In this document: positions 36,933 through 51,684 of the stretch, piece after piece
How the letters are laid out: the number at the start of each line of letters is the position of its first letter
Numbering within the stretch: the first letter of the stretch is position 1
From: Candidatus Eiseniibacteriota bacterium
GTDB lineage: Bacteria > Eisenbacteria > RBG-16-71-46
Assembly: GCA_020847735.1 (NCBI GenBank)
Contig: JADLBL010000023.1
Coordinates: 144,495-208,494, forward strand
Length of the DNA: 64,000 bases
Reading direction: 5' to 3'
Position numbers and translations under genes: made by a program
The notes under the pieces: model-generated
Told to the model about the DNA's origin: nothing
Seen by the model: the letters and a program-made list of their open reading frames with translations, nothing else
Databases searched by the model: none

Positions 36933-39172
36933 GATCCCAACCCCAATGCTCGGCCACCCTGGTAGACGACGAACGACGCGATCCAGGCGAGCGCGTTCAT
37001 CATGAACAGCATGAACAGCGGCCAGCGCCACGAGTTCGTCTCGCGCCGGACCACCGCGACCGTGGACATGCACTGGCACGCGAGGACGAAGAACACCATC
37101 AGGCTGACCGCCACGAGCGGAGTGTACGCCCGGCGGCCCGTGTGCGGATCGGTCGCCTCGCGCAGGCTGTCGCGCAGCGGGACCACCTGGTCGCCGCCGT
37201 TGCCGAGGTTGAAGACGGTCGCCAGCGTCGAAACCATGACCTCGCGCGCGGCGAACGACGTCACCAGCCCGACGCCGATCCGCCAGTCGAAGCCGAGCGG
37301 CGCGATCGCCGGCTCGAGGAAACGGCCGACGCGGCCGGCGAACGAGTGCTCGAGCGACACCCCGGCGATGTGCGCGTCGAGCTGCCGGGCCGCCGCGGCG
37401 TCTCCGCTGGCGGTGACGGCCGCGCGCTGCGCTTCGAGCGCCTTCACCTCGGGGCCGCCGCGGGGGTAGGAGGCGAGAAACCACAGCACGATGGTGATCG
37501 CGAGGATCACGGTGCCGGCGTTCTTGACGAACAGCCACGAGCGCTCACGAACGGAGATCAGGATCGATCTCCAGGAGGGCATCCGGTAGGGCGGCAGCTC
37601 CATCACGTACAGCGGCCGACCACCGCGCAGCACGGTGCGCTTGAGCAGGGCCGCGACCACGATCGCCGCGACGATGCCGAGCATGTACATCGAGAACAGC
37701 ACAAGCCCGGGCAGGGTCAAGGGCCCGATCCAGAGGTTCGGAATGAACGCGCCGATGAGCAGCGCGTAGACCGGCAGCCGGGCGCTGCACGACATGAACG
37801 GCGCGATGATGATGGTGGTGATGCGGTCGCGACGGTTGCCGATGGTGCGGGTCGCCATGATGCCGGGAATCGCGCAGGCGAACGACGACAGCAGCGGAAT
37901 GAAGGCGCGGCCCGACAGGCCGACGCGGCTCATGACGCGATCCATGATGAACGCCGCCCGCGCCATGTAGCCGGTGTCCTCGAGCACGCCGAGGAAGAAG
38001 AACAGGATGGCGATCTGCGGCACGAAGGTGAGCGTCGTGCCGACGCCCGCCACGATGCCGTCCACGATCAGCGAGCGAAGCGGCCCCGGCGGCATCAGCG
38101 TCTCGAGCGAGTTGCCGAGCCCGCGGACCGCCGCGTCAATCAGGTCCATCGCCGGAATCGCCCAGGCGAACACCGACTGGAACACGGCGCCCATGAGCAC
38201 CACGAACAGCACCGGACCCAGGACGCGGTGCGTGAGCACGCGGTCGATCGAGTCGCGGCGCCGGTCGCGACGCTCGCCGCGTGTGGTGACCGCGGCGGCC
38301 AGGGCCTCGCGGATCGCCACGAAGCGGCCCTGGACGTCGTCCGAGCGCCAGCCCGGCGAGAGCTGGTCGAGCCGGCGCGCGAGCGTGTGCGCGTCCTCGA
38401 GCACGTCCGGCTCGGTCACGCGCGCGAGCGCGTCGTCCTCGCCGTCGTCGAGCAGCAGGGCGAGCGCGAAATCGTGGCGGGCCCGATCGGGCAGCCGCGG
38501 GTGCCGCGGCAGCCGCGCCTCGAGCCGGTCGAGCACGCGCTGCAGGTAGGCCGGCCGCTCGCGAAAGCGCCGCGTGCTCGGCTCGATCTCGCGCTCCATG
38601 AGCCGGCGCAGGTAGCCGAGCCCCTCGCCCTTGACGGCCGAGATGCCGACCACCGGCGTGCCGAACTGGCGCTCGAGCGCGGCGAGGTCGATCTCCAGGC
38701 CCTGTCCGCGCGCCGAGTCCATCATGTTCAGCGCCAGCACGACCGGCCGGCCCAGCTCGATGACCTGCAGTGCCAGATTGAGGTGGCGGTCGAGATTGGT
38801 CGCGTCCACCACGAACACGATCAGGTCGGGCGGCGGCGTGTCGCTCTGCAGGCCGAGCAGGACGTCGCGAACGATGCGCTCGTCGGGCGAGGCCGGATGC
38901 AGGCTGTAGCTGCCCGGCAGGTCGATCAGCTCCGCGCGCGCTCCGGAGGGCAGCTCGCAGGTGCCGGTCTTCTTCTCGACCGTCACGCCCGGATAGTTGC
39001 CCACCTTCTGGCGCAGGCCGGTGAGCGCGTTGAAGAGCGTGGACTTGCCGGCGTTGGGATTGCCGAGGATCGCGATGCGGCGGGGCCCGGTCGCCGTGTC
39101 GTGCGCGCGCGTCGCGCGCGCGGGCGCGATCGTCAGCGGCGCGCCGGGCGCGAGGTCAGCGGAGCGCGACAT
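36929..39172 (-). CDS. feoB: Ferrous iron transporter FeoB
   Basis: N-terminal GTPase with G1 motif GNPNAGKST plus the G2-G4 motifs, followed by the polytopic FeoB membrane domain. 747 aa. Confidence 0.92.
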   Translation of the reverse strand: MSRSADLAPGAPLTIAPARATRAHDTATGPRRIAILGNPNAGKSTLFNALTGLRQKVGNYPGVTVEKKTGTCELPSGARAELIDLPGSYSLHPASPDERIVRDVLLGLQSDTPPPDLIVFVVDATNLDRHLNLALQVIELGRPVVLALNMMDSARGQGLEIDLAALERQFGTPVVGISAVKGEGLGYLRRLMEREIEPSTRRFRERPAYLQRVLDRLEARLPRHPRLPDRARHDFALALLLDDGEDDALARVTEPDVLEDAHTLARRLDQLSPGWRSDDVQGRFVAIREALAAAVTTRGERRDRRRDSIDRVLTHRVLGPVLFVVLMGAVFQSVFAWAIPAMDLIDAAVRGLGNSLETLMPPGPLRSLIVDGIVAGVGTTLTFVPQIAILFFFLGVLEDTGYMARAAFIMDRVMSRVGLSGRAFIPLLSSFACAIPGIMATRTIGNRRDRITTIIIAPFMSCSARLPVYALLIGAFIPNLWIGPLTLPGLVLFSMYMLGIVAAIVVAALLKRTVLRGGRPLYVMELPPYRMPSWRSILISVRERSWLFVKNAGTVILAITIVLWFLASYPRGGPEVKALEAQRAAVTASGDAAAARQLDAHIAGVSLEHSFAGRVGRFLEPAIAPLGFDWRIGVGLVTSFAAREVMVSTLATVFNLGNGGDQVVPLRDSLREATDPHTGRRAYTPLVAVSLMVFFVLACQCMSTVAVVRRETNSWRWPLFMLFMMNALAWIASFVVYQGGRALGLGS

Positions 39173-39416
39173 GGATGCACTCCGCTTCGGAACGCCGCAG
39201 CGACAGGCGCAGTCCGCGCACGGCCACCTCGATCGGATCGCCGAGCGGTGCGGTGCGCACCATGCGGACTTCGGAGCCGGGCACGAGGCCCAGCTCCATC
39301 AGCCGGCGGGTGATCGCCGGCTCGGCGTCAATGCGCTCGATGCGGCCATCCTCGCCGGGGGCGAGCCGGGCGAGCGGACGTTCGTCCCGCCCGGGGCCGT
39401 TCGCGTTGGCGCTCAT
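39156..39416 (-). CDS. feoA: FeoA (SH3-like ferrous iron transport accessory protein)
   Basis: 86 aa with the FeoA pattern LARLAPGEDGRIERID...RRLMELGLVPGSEVRMVRTAPLGDPIEV. It overlaps the feoB start. Confidence 0.8.
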   Translation of the reverse strand: MSANANGPGRDERPLARLAPGEDGRIERIDAEPAITRRLMELGLVPGSEVRMVRTAPLGDPIEVAVRGLRLSLRRSEAECIHVALR

Positions 39417-39964
39417 GCCGTCTTCCCGCCTTCGCCGATCTCGCTGACCAGCGACTCGCGCAGGCAGGTCGAGCCGCACAGGTCGCACGCGCCCGGATCG
39501 TGTTCGGCGCACGAACGCGGGCTGGCCTTGTAGGCCTCGCGGAAATCCTTCGCGGCCGCGTGTTGCGAGCGCATGAACGAGGTCAGGCGCAGCAACTCGA
39601 CCGAGACCTCCGGGCTCACGAGGTGCTCGATCATGCACGCGTCCTCGCTCGCGACCTCCTCGGGGACGCCGAGGATTTCGGTCAGGAACATCGTCAGCAC
39701 GCGACGGCTCGATTCCGTGCGCACCGCCAGGCGCCTGCCCGCGGGCGTCAGTTCGACGGCGCCGTAGCGCTCGTGCGTCACGAGGCCGCGGGACTGGAGC
39801 GAGCGCAGCATCGAAGTGACGCCGCTCTTGGAGACGCCGAGCTGGTCGGCGATGTCCACGACGCGCGCGTGACCCTTGTCGGCCTTGAGCGATGCGACCG
39901 CCTGAAGGTAGTGCGCCATCGAGTGACTGACTTCCTTCTCGCCGAATCGCTTCCAGATGTCCAC
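39413..39964 (-). CDS. DtxR/IdeR/MntR-family metal-dependent transcriptional repressor with a Cys-rich C-terminal extension
   Basis: N-terminal wHTH (SMAHYLQAVASLKADKGHARVVDIADQLGVSKSGVTSMLRSLQSRGLV) and the dimerisation/metal-site region (EDACMIEH). The C-terminus CAEHDPGACDLCGSTC replaces the usual SH3-like domain. Its stop overlaps the feoA start (ATGA). Confidence 0.8.
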   Translation of the reverse strand: MDIWKRFGEKEVSHSMAHYLQAVASLKADKGHARVVDIADQLGVSKSGVTSMLRSLQSRGLVTHERYGAVELTPAGRRLAVRTESSRRVLTMFLTEILGVPEEVASEDACMIEHLVSPEVSVELLRLTSFMRSQHAAAKDFREAYKASPRSCAEHDPGACDLCGSTCLRESLVSEIGEGGKTA

Positions 39965-40058
39965 GTGGGTTTCCTCAATGTGCGTTCAGCCGCGGCCGCG
40001 GAGACCGTCCGATCGTGACGCGCGGCGACCGCTCGCGAATCCCGCTCCGGATCTTGGC

Positions 40059-40083
40059 CTCAACAAAGTTGAGATAGCCTAAC
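40059..40083. promoter_or_regulatory. Candidate operator in the promoter region of the dtxR-feoABC operon
   Basis: Perfect palindrome CTCAACAAAGTTGAG (6-3-6), followed directly by ATAGCCTAAC, which matches the TAGCCTAAC core of DtxR/IdeR iron boxes. It lies in a locally AT-richer segment about 95-120 nt upstream of the regulator start. Confidence 0.35.
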
Positions 40084-40124
40084 TTCGCGGCGGGGCGCGG
40101 GCAAACAGGCCTTCGAATCGCTGC

Positions 40125-42908
40125 TCAGTCGAGGATCGCGAACTTCCTCGACAGCACCCGCTCGCCGACTCTGGCGCGCGCCACATAGACCCCTGGCGCG
40201 AGCCAGGCCGGCACGGCAAGCGACTGCCAGCCAGCGTCATAGCTTCCGTCCGCCAGGCGGGCGGACTCCCGGCCGGCGAGGTCGAAAAGGCTCACGCGCA
40301 CCCGGGACGGCTCGGACAGGTGAAAGAGCACGTGACCGCCGCCGCGCAGCGGACTCGAAGGGACCGAGAGCAGCAGCTGCGGGCGATCCACCGGTACGTC
40401 TCCGGTGCCCAGCGCGAAGAACGGGCCGTCGCTCTCGTCGCTTCCGACGTTGCCGGCGAGGTCGCGCGCGACGATCCGCAGCCAGGTCTGGTTGATGGTC
40501 GCGCCGCGCGCGGCACCGGCCGGGGCGACGAGGATGTAAGGCGGGAGCCAGTCGAAGACGCCCGTGTTCGGCAGGGCCGTCGCAACCGGCCACCAGGGCC
40601 CGCTCGGACTGCCCACGGAGGATTGGAGGTCCACCCATGGCGCGCGCTGGTCGTCGGCGACCGTCCACGTGACGTGCCACGGCTCGCCGTTCTCCCAGAG
40701 GTACTCGCCGCCGTTCGGCGAAATCACCTGCACGGCGGGCGCGGTGACGTCGGCGGGGAAGAGTTTCACGAGCCCGCGCAGCGGCAGCGCACCCGCACCG
40801 AAGAGGTTGCCGCCGGCGTAGACCACGCCGTCCGCGACCTGCAGCGTGGACGGCGGGGACTGGAGTCGCGGGTCCCATGGAACGCTCGCGCCGCTCGCGG
40901 CGTCGAGCACGGCCACGCGCGTCGCGGTACCGCCGCCGATCGTGGTGAAGAAGCCGCCGGCGTAGACGGAGGATCCGACGGGCACGATCGCCTCGACGGG
41001 CGCGTCCGCTCCGGGGTTCCAGCCATCCGGCGTTCCGGTCGCCGCCGCGACGCGCGCGATCCCGCCGCGCGGTAGGCCGCCCAGCTGCGTGAACCAGCCG
41101 CCGACATAGACACGGTCCTGGTCGTCGGGCACGAGGACGTCCACGACATTGCTCGCGCCGGCCGCCCACGGCAGCGGCAGGGCGCTCGCGGAGTCCACCG
41201 AGCCCACGTACGCACGCGGGGAGCCGGCAAGGGACTGGAAGAGCCCGCCCGCAAACACGCGTCCTTCTCTCGCCGCGACGACGTTGACCCAGTTGTCCGC
41301 CGCGGGATTCCAGCCGGAGAGCGCGCCGGCGAAGGCATCGAACGCCGCCAGGTGCATGCGCGTCGAGGGTCCGATCGCGGTGAAACCGCCGCCCGCGTAG
41401 ACCGTGTTGCCGTGGGCGAGGACGCACTGGACCTGACCGTTCGGCGCCGCCGGGTTCCAGCCGGTCGGAATCCCGCTCGCGACATCCACGGCCGCGAGGC
41501 CCGTCCTCGGCTGGCCGCCCACCTGAGTGAAGGCGCCGCTCAGGTAGAGCGTCGAGCCCGCGAGCGACATCGAGCGCACGAAGCCGTCCGCGTTCGGGTC
41601 CCAGCCGGTCGGTTGCCCGCTCGCCAGATCGATCGCGGCGAGGTTGGAACGCGCGACCATGCCCATGCTCAAGCGCGCGCCGCCCACGACGACGCGACTC
41701 GTATCGGTCCCGAGCCCGGGAGCGCCGATCGCCAGGACCGTGCCGTAGGCGCCCGGATTCCACGCGGTCGCCGCGCCGGTGGCGAGGTCGATCGCGGCGA
41801 GATTCGCGCGTGGCTGCCCGCCCACGTGTTTGAAATCGCCGCCGACGAGCAGGCGGCCGTTCCCCGCGAGCATCGCGCGGACGCCGCCGTCCGGGTCCGG
41901 GTTCCAGGCCGTCGCGAGCGCCGTCGAGGCCGAGACTTCCGCGAGGTTCGCACGCGGCTGGCCGCCCGCGGTCGCGAAACCGCCGCCCAGCAGCACGGTC
42001 GCGCCGCGCGGAACGATCGTGTTCACGGTCCCGTAGGCCCCCGCGAGCGGGTCCCACGAGTTCGCGAGGCCGCTCGCGGCATCGAGCGCGGCGAGGTTCT
42101 GAATCGTCCGGCCGCCGATGCTCGTGAACCGCCCGCCGACGTAGACGGTCGGGCCGTCCACCGCGATCGCGCTCACGCTCGGCCACCCGCCCCCCGGCGA
42201 GGAGATCGTCGTGCTCCACGCGAGCGGCGCGCCGGTTCCGGAGTGGACCGCCGCCATCTTGATCCGCTGCTGTCCGCCGACCTGCTCGAAGCGCCCGCCC
42301 ATCCACAAGGTGCCGGAGTCGAGCGCCAGCGTCAGGACGACGCTGTCCGCGTCGGCGTCCCACGCGAGCGCCTCGCCGGAGGTGCGGTTCAGCTGCGCCA
42401 CGTGCCGGCGGGACTGGCCGCCGGCGTTGAGGAACGCACCACCGACGAAGACATAGCCGGAAGCAGGCGCGATGGAGAAGACCGTGCCGTCCGCACCGGG
42501 GTTCCAGAAGGGATCCAGCGAGCCGTCGCCGCGGATGCGGGCGAGGTTCGCCCGCGGCACCCCCGAGACGCTCGCGAACGCGCCGCCGACGAACCAGCCG
42601 CCCTGCGCGTCCGCCGCGATCGCGTACACGGTGCCGTCGATGCGCGCGAACGGAATCGCCACGCCGGTGACGGCGTCGGTGCACGCGAACGAGCCGGTGT
42701 TGGGCCCGACGTGCTGGAACGCGCCCCCGAGGAAGAGCGTGTCGCCCGAGAGCGCGCTCGTGTAGACCCCGCCGTCCACTACGGGGAACGCGGGGTCGGC
42801 GTACTGTGCGCGCGCCGCGCCGGCGGCGAGCACGGCCGCAAGCAGCGTGGCGAAGAGCGCGGGTCCCGCGGCCGCGCTTCGGGCCCGGTGGGAGCGGACG
42901 GGAGTCAT
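40125..42908 (-). CDS. Secreted beta-propeller repeat protein with Ig-like domain and T9SS-type C-terminal sorting domain
   Basis: ATG at 42908 with signal peptide (MTPVRSHRARSAAAGPALFATLLAAVLAAGAARA). More than 12 tandem repeats of about 40 aa (GG.F..VGGQPR.NLAA.D..TG....WNP.A.G.V.AI). It ends with the same Ig-like module and CTD (RVRVSLFDLAGRESARL...GVYVARARVGERVLSRKFAILD) as the 1682-aa protein. The upstream 62 codons of the listed ORF are junk. Confidence 0.8.
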   Translation of the reverse strand: MTPVRSHRARSAAAGPALFATLLAAVLAAGAARAQYADPAFPVVDGGVYTSALSGDTLFLGGAFQHVGPNTGSFACTDAVTGVAIPFARIDGTVYAIAADAQGGWFVGGAFASVSGVPRANLARIRGDGSLDPFWNPGADGTVFSIAPASGYVFVGGAFLNAGGQSRRHVAQLNRTSGEALAWDADADSVVLTLALDSGTLWMGGRFEQVGGQQRIKMAAVHSGTGAPLAWSTTISSPGGGWPSVSAIAVDGPTVYVGGRFTSIGGRTIQNLAALDAASGLANSWDPLAGAYGTVNTIVPRGATVLLGGGFATAGGQPRANLAEVSASTALATAWNPDPDGGVRAMLAGNGRLLVGGDFKHVGGQPRANLAAIDLATGAATAWNPGAYGTVLAIGAPGLGTDTSRVVVGGARLSMGMVARSNLAAIDLASGQPTGWDPNADGFVRSMSLAGSTLYLSGAFTQVGGQPRTGLAAVDVASGIPTGWNPAAPNGQVQCVLAHGNTVYAGGGFTAIGPSTRMHLAAFDAFAGALSGWNPAADNWVNVVAAREGRVFAGGLFQSLAGSPRAYVGSVDSASALPLPWAAGASNVVDVLVPDDQDRVYVGGWFTQLGGLPRGGIARVAAATGTPDGWNPGADAPVEAIVPVGSSVYAGGFFTTIGGGTATRVAVLDAASGASVPWDPRLQSPPSTLQVADGVVYAGGNLFGAGALPLRGLVKLFPADVTAPAVQVISPNGGEYLWENGEPWHVTWTVADDQRAPWVDLQSSVGSPSGPWWPVATALPNTGVFDWLPPYILVAPAGAARGATINQTWLRIVARDLAGNVGSDESDGPFFALGTGDVPVDRPQLLLSVPSSPLRGGGHVLFHLSEPSRVRVSLFDLAGRESARLADGSYDAGWQSLAVPAWLAPGVYVARARVGERVLSRKFAILD

Positions 42909-43083
42909 GCCACGAATCTCCGAGGTTCCGGGTGCTGCGCCGCGTTCCTGCGGTAAGTTTACACCGGGGCGATGAGCGGCGAATGTCCAAACCCGCGATG
43001 AGGCAGGTCGGTCGGGCGCTCGCGGGGTCCGGGTCGCGCGTCGCGCCGCCCCGAAAATCCGACCCCGGCGACAAGGACCGACC

Positions 43084-43800
43084 ATGATTCCCATTCTTCA
43101 CGCGGCATTCGTGCTCTTCCTTCTCGTCGGCTTTCCGCTGTGGGACCGGCGTGAGACGGCGCGGCTCAAGGCGCTTCCGTCCGCGGCCACCCGCATTGGG
43201 AGTTACCGGAAGACGATCGCCTGGCTCTGGCTGGCGACCGTGTTCGTCGTCGTGACGACGCCGTGGGCCGCGCTCCTCACGCCGCCACCCGCGACCTGGA
43301 TTCCCGCGTCGCTGCGCGGAGGTCTCGGCTGGGGTCTGCTGGCCAGTCTTTCGGCCGGCATTCTCGGGCCTTCCCTGCTCGCCGCGCGCTCGCCGAAGTT
43401 CCTGGACGCCCACCTGCGCCAGCTGGGCCCGCTTGCCTTCTTCCTTCCGCAGTCGGCACCGGAGCGCGCGTGGTTCGCGGCCGTCAGTGTCAGTGCCGGC
43501 ATCTGCGAGGAACTGGTCTTCCGCGGGTTCCTCATCCAGTACTTCGCGCATCCACCGTTGCATTTTCCCGCCTGGCTGGCCGTCGTGGCAGCGGCCGTCG
43601 TCTTCGGCGTGGATCACGGCTACCAGGGCGTGGGCGGAATCCTGACCACCACGGTCCTTGGGCTGATCTTCGCGCTGCTGTTCATCCTGACCGGGCATCT
43701 CTGGGTGGTGATGGTCCTGCACGCGACCATTGATCTTCGAATCGTCTGGCTGCTGTGGCTCGGCCGCGCCCAATGGCCTCCGGGTCGGGGCACTTCATGA
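43084..43800 (+). CDS. CPBP-family intramembrane metalloprotease (CAAX protease / Abi)
   Basis: Polytopic membrane protein with CPBP motifs EELVFRG, FGVDHG and HATIDL. Confidence 0.75.
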   Translation: MIPILHAAFVLFLLVGFPLWDRRETARLKALPSAATRIGSYRKTIAWLWLATVFVVVTTPWAALLTPPPATWIPASLRGGLGWGLLASLSAGILGPSLLAARSPKFLDAHLRQLGPLAFFLPQSAPERAWFAAVSVSAGICEELVFRGFLIQYFAHPPLHFPAWLAVVAAAVVFGVDHGYQGVGGILTTTVLGLIFALLFILTGHLWVVMVLHATIDLRIVWLLWLGRAQWPPGRGTS

Positions 43801-43926
43801 AAACGGATTCGCTCGAAGGGACTCCGCGCGCGCTGAATCGTGCTTGCCGCCGCCAGACCCGCCGCCCATGATGCGCGTCTGCGCACCGGCGGGTTGCGTC
43901 CCGGTGACTTTCCATCTGGAGGCCGC

Positions 43927-44370
43927 ATGAACGTCCCGACTTCCGCGCCCCGAACCCCCTGGCACCTCTGGGTGGTCGGCGCGCTGGCGCTGCTGTGGAA
44001 CGGCGGTGGCGCGTTCGACTACCTGATGACGCAGACGCGGAACGCGGGCTACCTGGCGTCGTTCACGCCGGAGCAGCGGGCCTACTTCGAGGCGTTCCCC
44101 GCCTGGTCCGTCGCCTCGTGGGCGACGAGCGTGTGGGGCGGCGTCGCAGGCTCGCTGCTGGTGCTGCTGCGCCGGCGGCTGGCGGTGCTGATCCTCGCGA
44201 TCTCGCTGGTGGCCATGGCGCCGACCTTCCTGCACAACTTCGTCTTCACGAACGGCCTCGCGATCATGGGCGGCGCCGGAGCGCTGGCGTTCACCGCCGC
44301 GATCGTCGCGATCGGCGTCGCCCTCCTCTTCTACGCGCGATTCCTCGCCGGAAAGGGAGTGCTTCGTTAG
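43927..44370 (+). CDS. Hypothetical 4-TM membrane protein
   Basis: ATG with GGAGG RBS. 147 aa with four hydrophobic helices. No family recognised. Confidence 0.5.
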   Translation: MNVPTSAPRTPWHLWVVGALALLWNGGGAFDYLMTQTRNAGYLASFTPEQRAYFEAFPAWSVASWATSVWGGVAGSLLVLLRRRLAVLILAISLVAMAPTFLHNFVFTNGLAIMGGAGALAFTAAIVAIGVALLFYARFLAGKGVLR

Positions 44371-44377
44371 CCTGCGC

Positions 44378-44809
44378 GTGCGCACGGTGCGCCGGTGGGC
44401 CGGCCTGCTGCCGCTGGCGCTGCTGGCGACCCTTCCGGGCTGCGGACGCGACAACGGTCTGCCCACGGACCTCGCCCGGCACCTCGCCCGCGCCGGCATA
44501 CGGATCGAGCCGCTGCGGACGCACGCTCCGTGGTCGTCCCGCGGCGGCTACCTCGTGGTGAAGCGCACGGACGGGCTGGCCGCGAGGATCGTCTCGGAGT
44601 TCGGACTCGAGCCGGTGACGCCGGGCGGGCGCGAGTGGAAGGACGTTGCCGTGCGGGTCGGGGTTCCGACCGGCATCCGGCGGATGTGGGGACTCTCCGG
44701 ACGACCCGCGCGATTCCGGCTGGGCGACGGGGGGCAGTTCGAGAACTTCTACGTCGTGCTCACCGAAGCGGGGGAGCTGTACCTGGCGGCCGAATACGCC
44801 TACGGGTGA
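44378..44809 (+). CDS. Hypothetical lipoprotein
   Basis: GTG start 8 nt after the previous stop. Lipobox LATLPGCG. 143 aa. Confidence 0.5.
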   Translation: MRTVRRWAGLLPLALLATLPGCGRDNGLPTDLARHLARAGIRIEPLRTHAPWSSRGGYLVVKRTDGLAARIVSEFGLEPVTPGGREWKDVAVRVGVPTGIRRMWGLSGRPARFRLGDGGQFENFYVVLTEAGELYLAAEYAYG

Positions 44810-45007
44810 CCGGGCTTTCACGAGCGGCCGGCGGACGGTGGTGACGGCGCGTGGCGACGGGACGAAACCCTGACGCTTCGCCGCTCCCGGTCGCGTCCGG
44901 CGCCCGAACGCGCGATAGTCCGCACGTGCGCCGGCGCCGAAGTCGGGCGTGAGGCAGCGTTGCCGCGAGTGGCCGCGCAGCACGGGAAAGCGAAAGGAGC
45001 GGAACCA

Positions 45008-45487
45008 ATGTCGTCGAGACCGAATTACCGGTCCGCCGCACCGGGTGCCATGCAGGCGATGCTCGGCCTGGAGAAGTACGTTCATGATTGCGGGCTGGAG
45101 TCCTCGCTGCTCGAACTCGTCAAGATGCGCGCCTCGCAGATCAACGGCTGCGCCTACTGCCTCGACATGCATTCGAAGGACGCGCGCGCGGCGGGCGAGA
45201 CGGAACAGCGGCTCTACGTGCTCAACGCCTGGCGCGAGGCGCCCTTCTACACGCCGCGGGAACGGGCCGCCCTGGCGTGGACCGAGGCGATGACGCTCAT
45301 CTCACGGGCCGGCGTCCCCGACGCGGTGTACGAGGAAGCCCGCCGTCACTTCAGCGAGCAGGAACTCGTGAACCTGAGCCTGGCCATCGTCGCCATCAAC
45401 GGCTGGAACCGGCTGGCGATCGGCTTCCATTCGGACGTCGGCTCCTACCAGCCCGCGAAGCGCGCCGAGGTGGCGAAGCACGCCTGA
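45008..45487 (+). CDS. Carboxymuconolactone decarboxylase / AhpD-like alkylhydroperoxidase family protein
   Basis: ATG with AAGGAG RBS. The LVKMRASQINGCAYCLDMHS motif is the CxxC-type AhpD core. Confidence 0.8.
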   Translation: MSSRPNYRSAAPGAMQAMLGLEKYVHDCGLESSLLELVKMRASQINGCAYCLDMHSKDARAAGETEQRLYVLNAWREAPFYTPRERAALAWTEAMTLISRAGVPDAVYEEARRHFSEQELVNLSLAIVAINGWNRLAIGFHSDVGSYQPAKRAEVAKHA

Positions 45488-45529
45488 CCCGCGGCGGGGC
45501 CGCCGGGCACGGCCCGTTCCGGCGCGCCG

Positions 45530-47482
<1,953 letters not shown>

Positions 47483-47741
47483 GAGTAGAGCCTCCGCGCG
47501 GGGCCACGGTGCTGCCGGGGGAACCCGTGAAGGCTACCGTCCGTCCGCGCCGCCGAAAAGTCCCGAGTTGGGAGGTCGGACGCGCTTGCGGGGGCGCGGG
47601 AGGACACGCGAATTCCTCCCGCATCCCGGGAACGGCGGACGGTCCGCGAGCTTCACGGGTTCCGCACTTGCCCGGCCGGCGCGCGCGCCCGTAAGCTGCG
47701 CGATTCGCCCACCGCCGACACCGCCGCCCCGGAACCCGACC

Positions 47742-51596
<3,855 letters not shown>

Positions 51597-51628
51597 CCGG
51601 CCGGCGGCCGGCCGGGCGGAAGGCGAAA

Positions 51629-51656
51629 GGCCCCGACTCCTCGCGGAGCCGGGGCC
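51629..51656. terminator. Putative bidirectional terminator hairpin between convergent helicase and tricorn protease genes
   Basis: 12-bp stem GGCCCCGACTCC / GGAGCCGGGGCC with one mismatch and a 4-nt loop, 33 nt after the helicase stop. Confidence 0.5.
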
Positions 51657-51684
51657 CTCGTTCGCGCCTCGGGGGTGGGCGCGA

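Noticed and set aside
35099-39313. Plus-strand ORFs 35099..36934 and 37142..39313 antisense to the pfkA and feo genes
   Set aside because: No recognisable domains. The minus strand encodes PFK, FeoB and FeoA with canonical motifs.
40237-43773. 1178-aa minus ORF 40237..43773 and plus ORF 41352..42956
   Set aside because: Alternate frame or strand of the beta-propeller gene. Only 40125..42908 gives the regular 40-aa repeats plus CTD.
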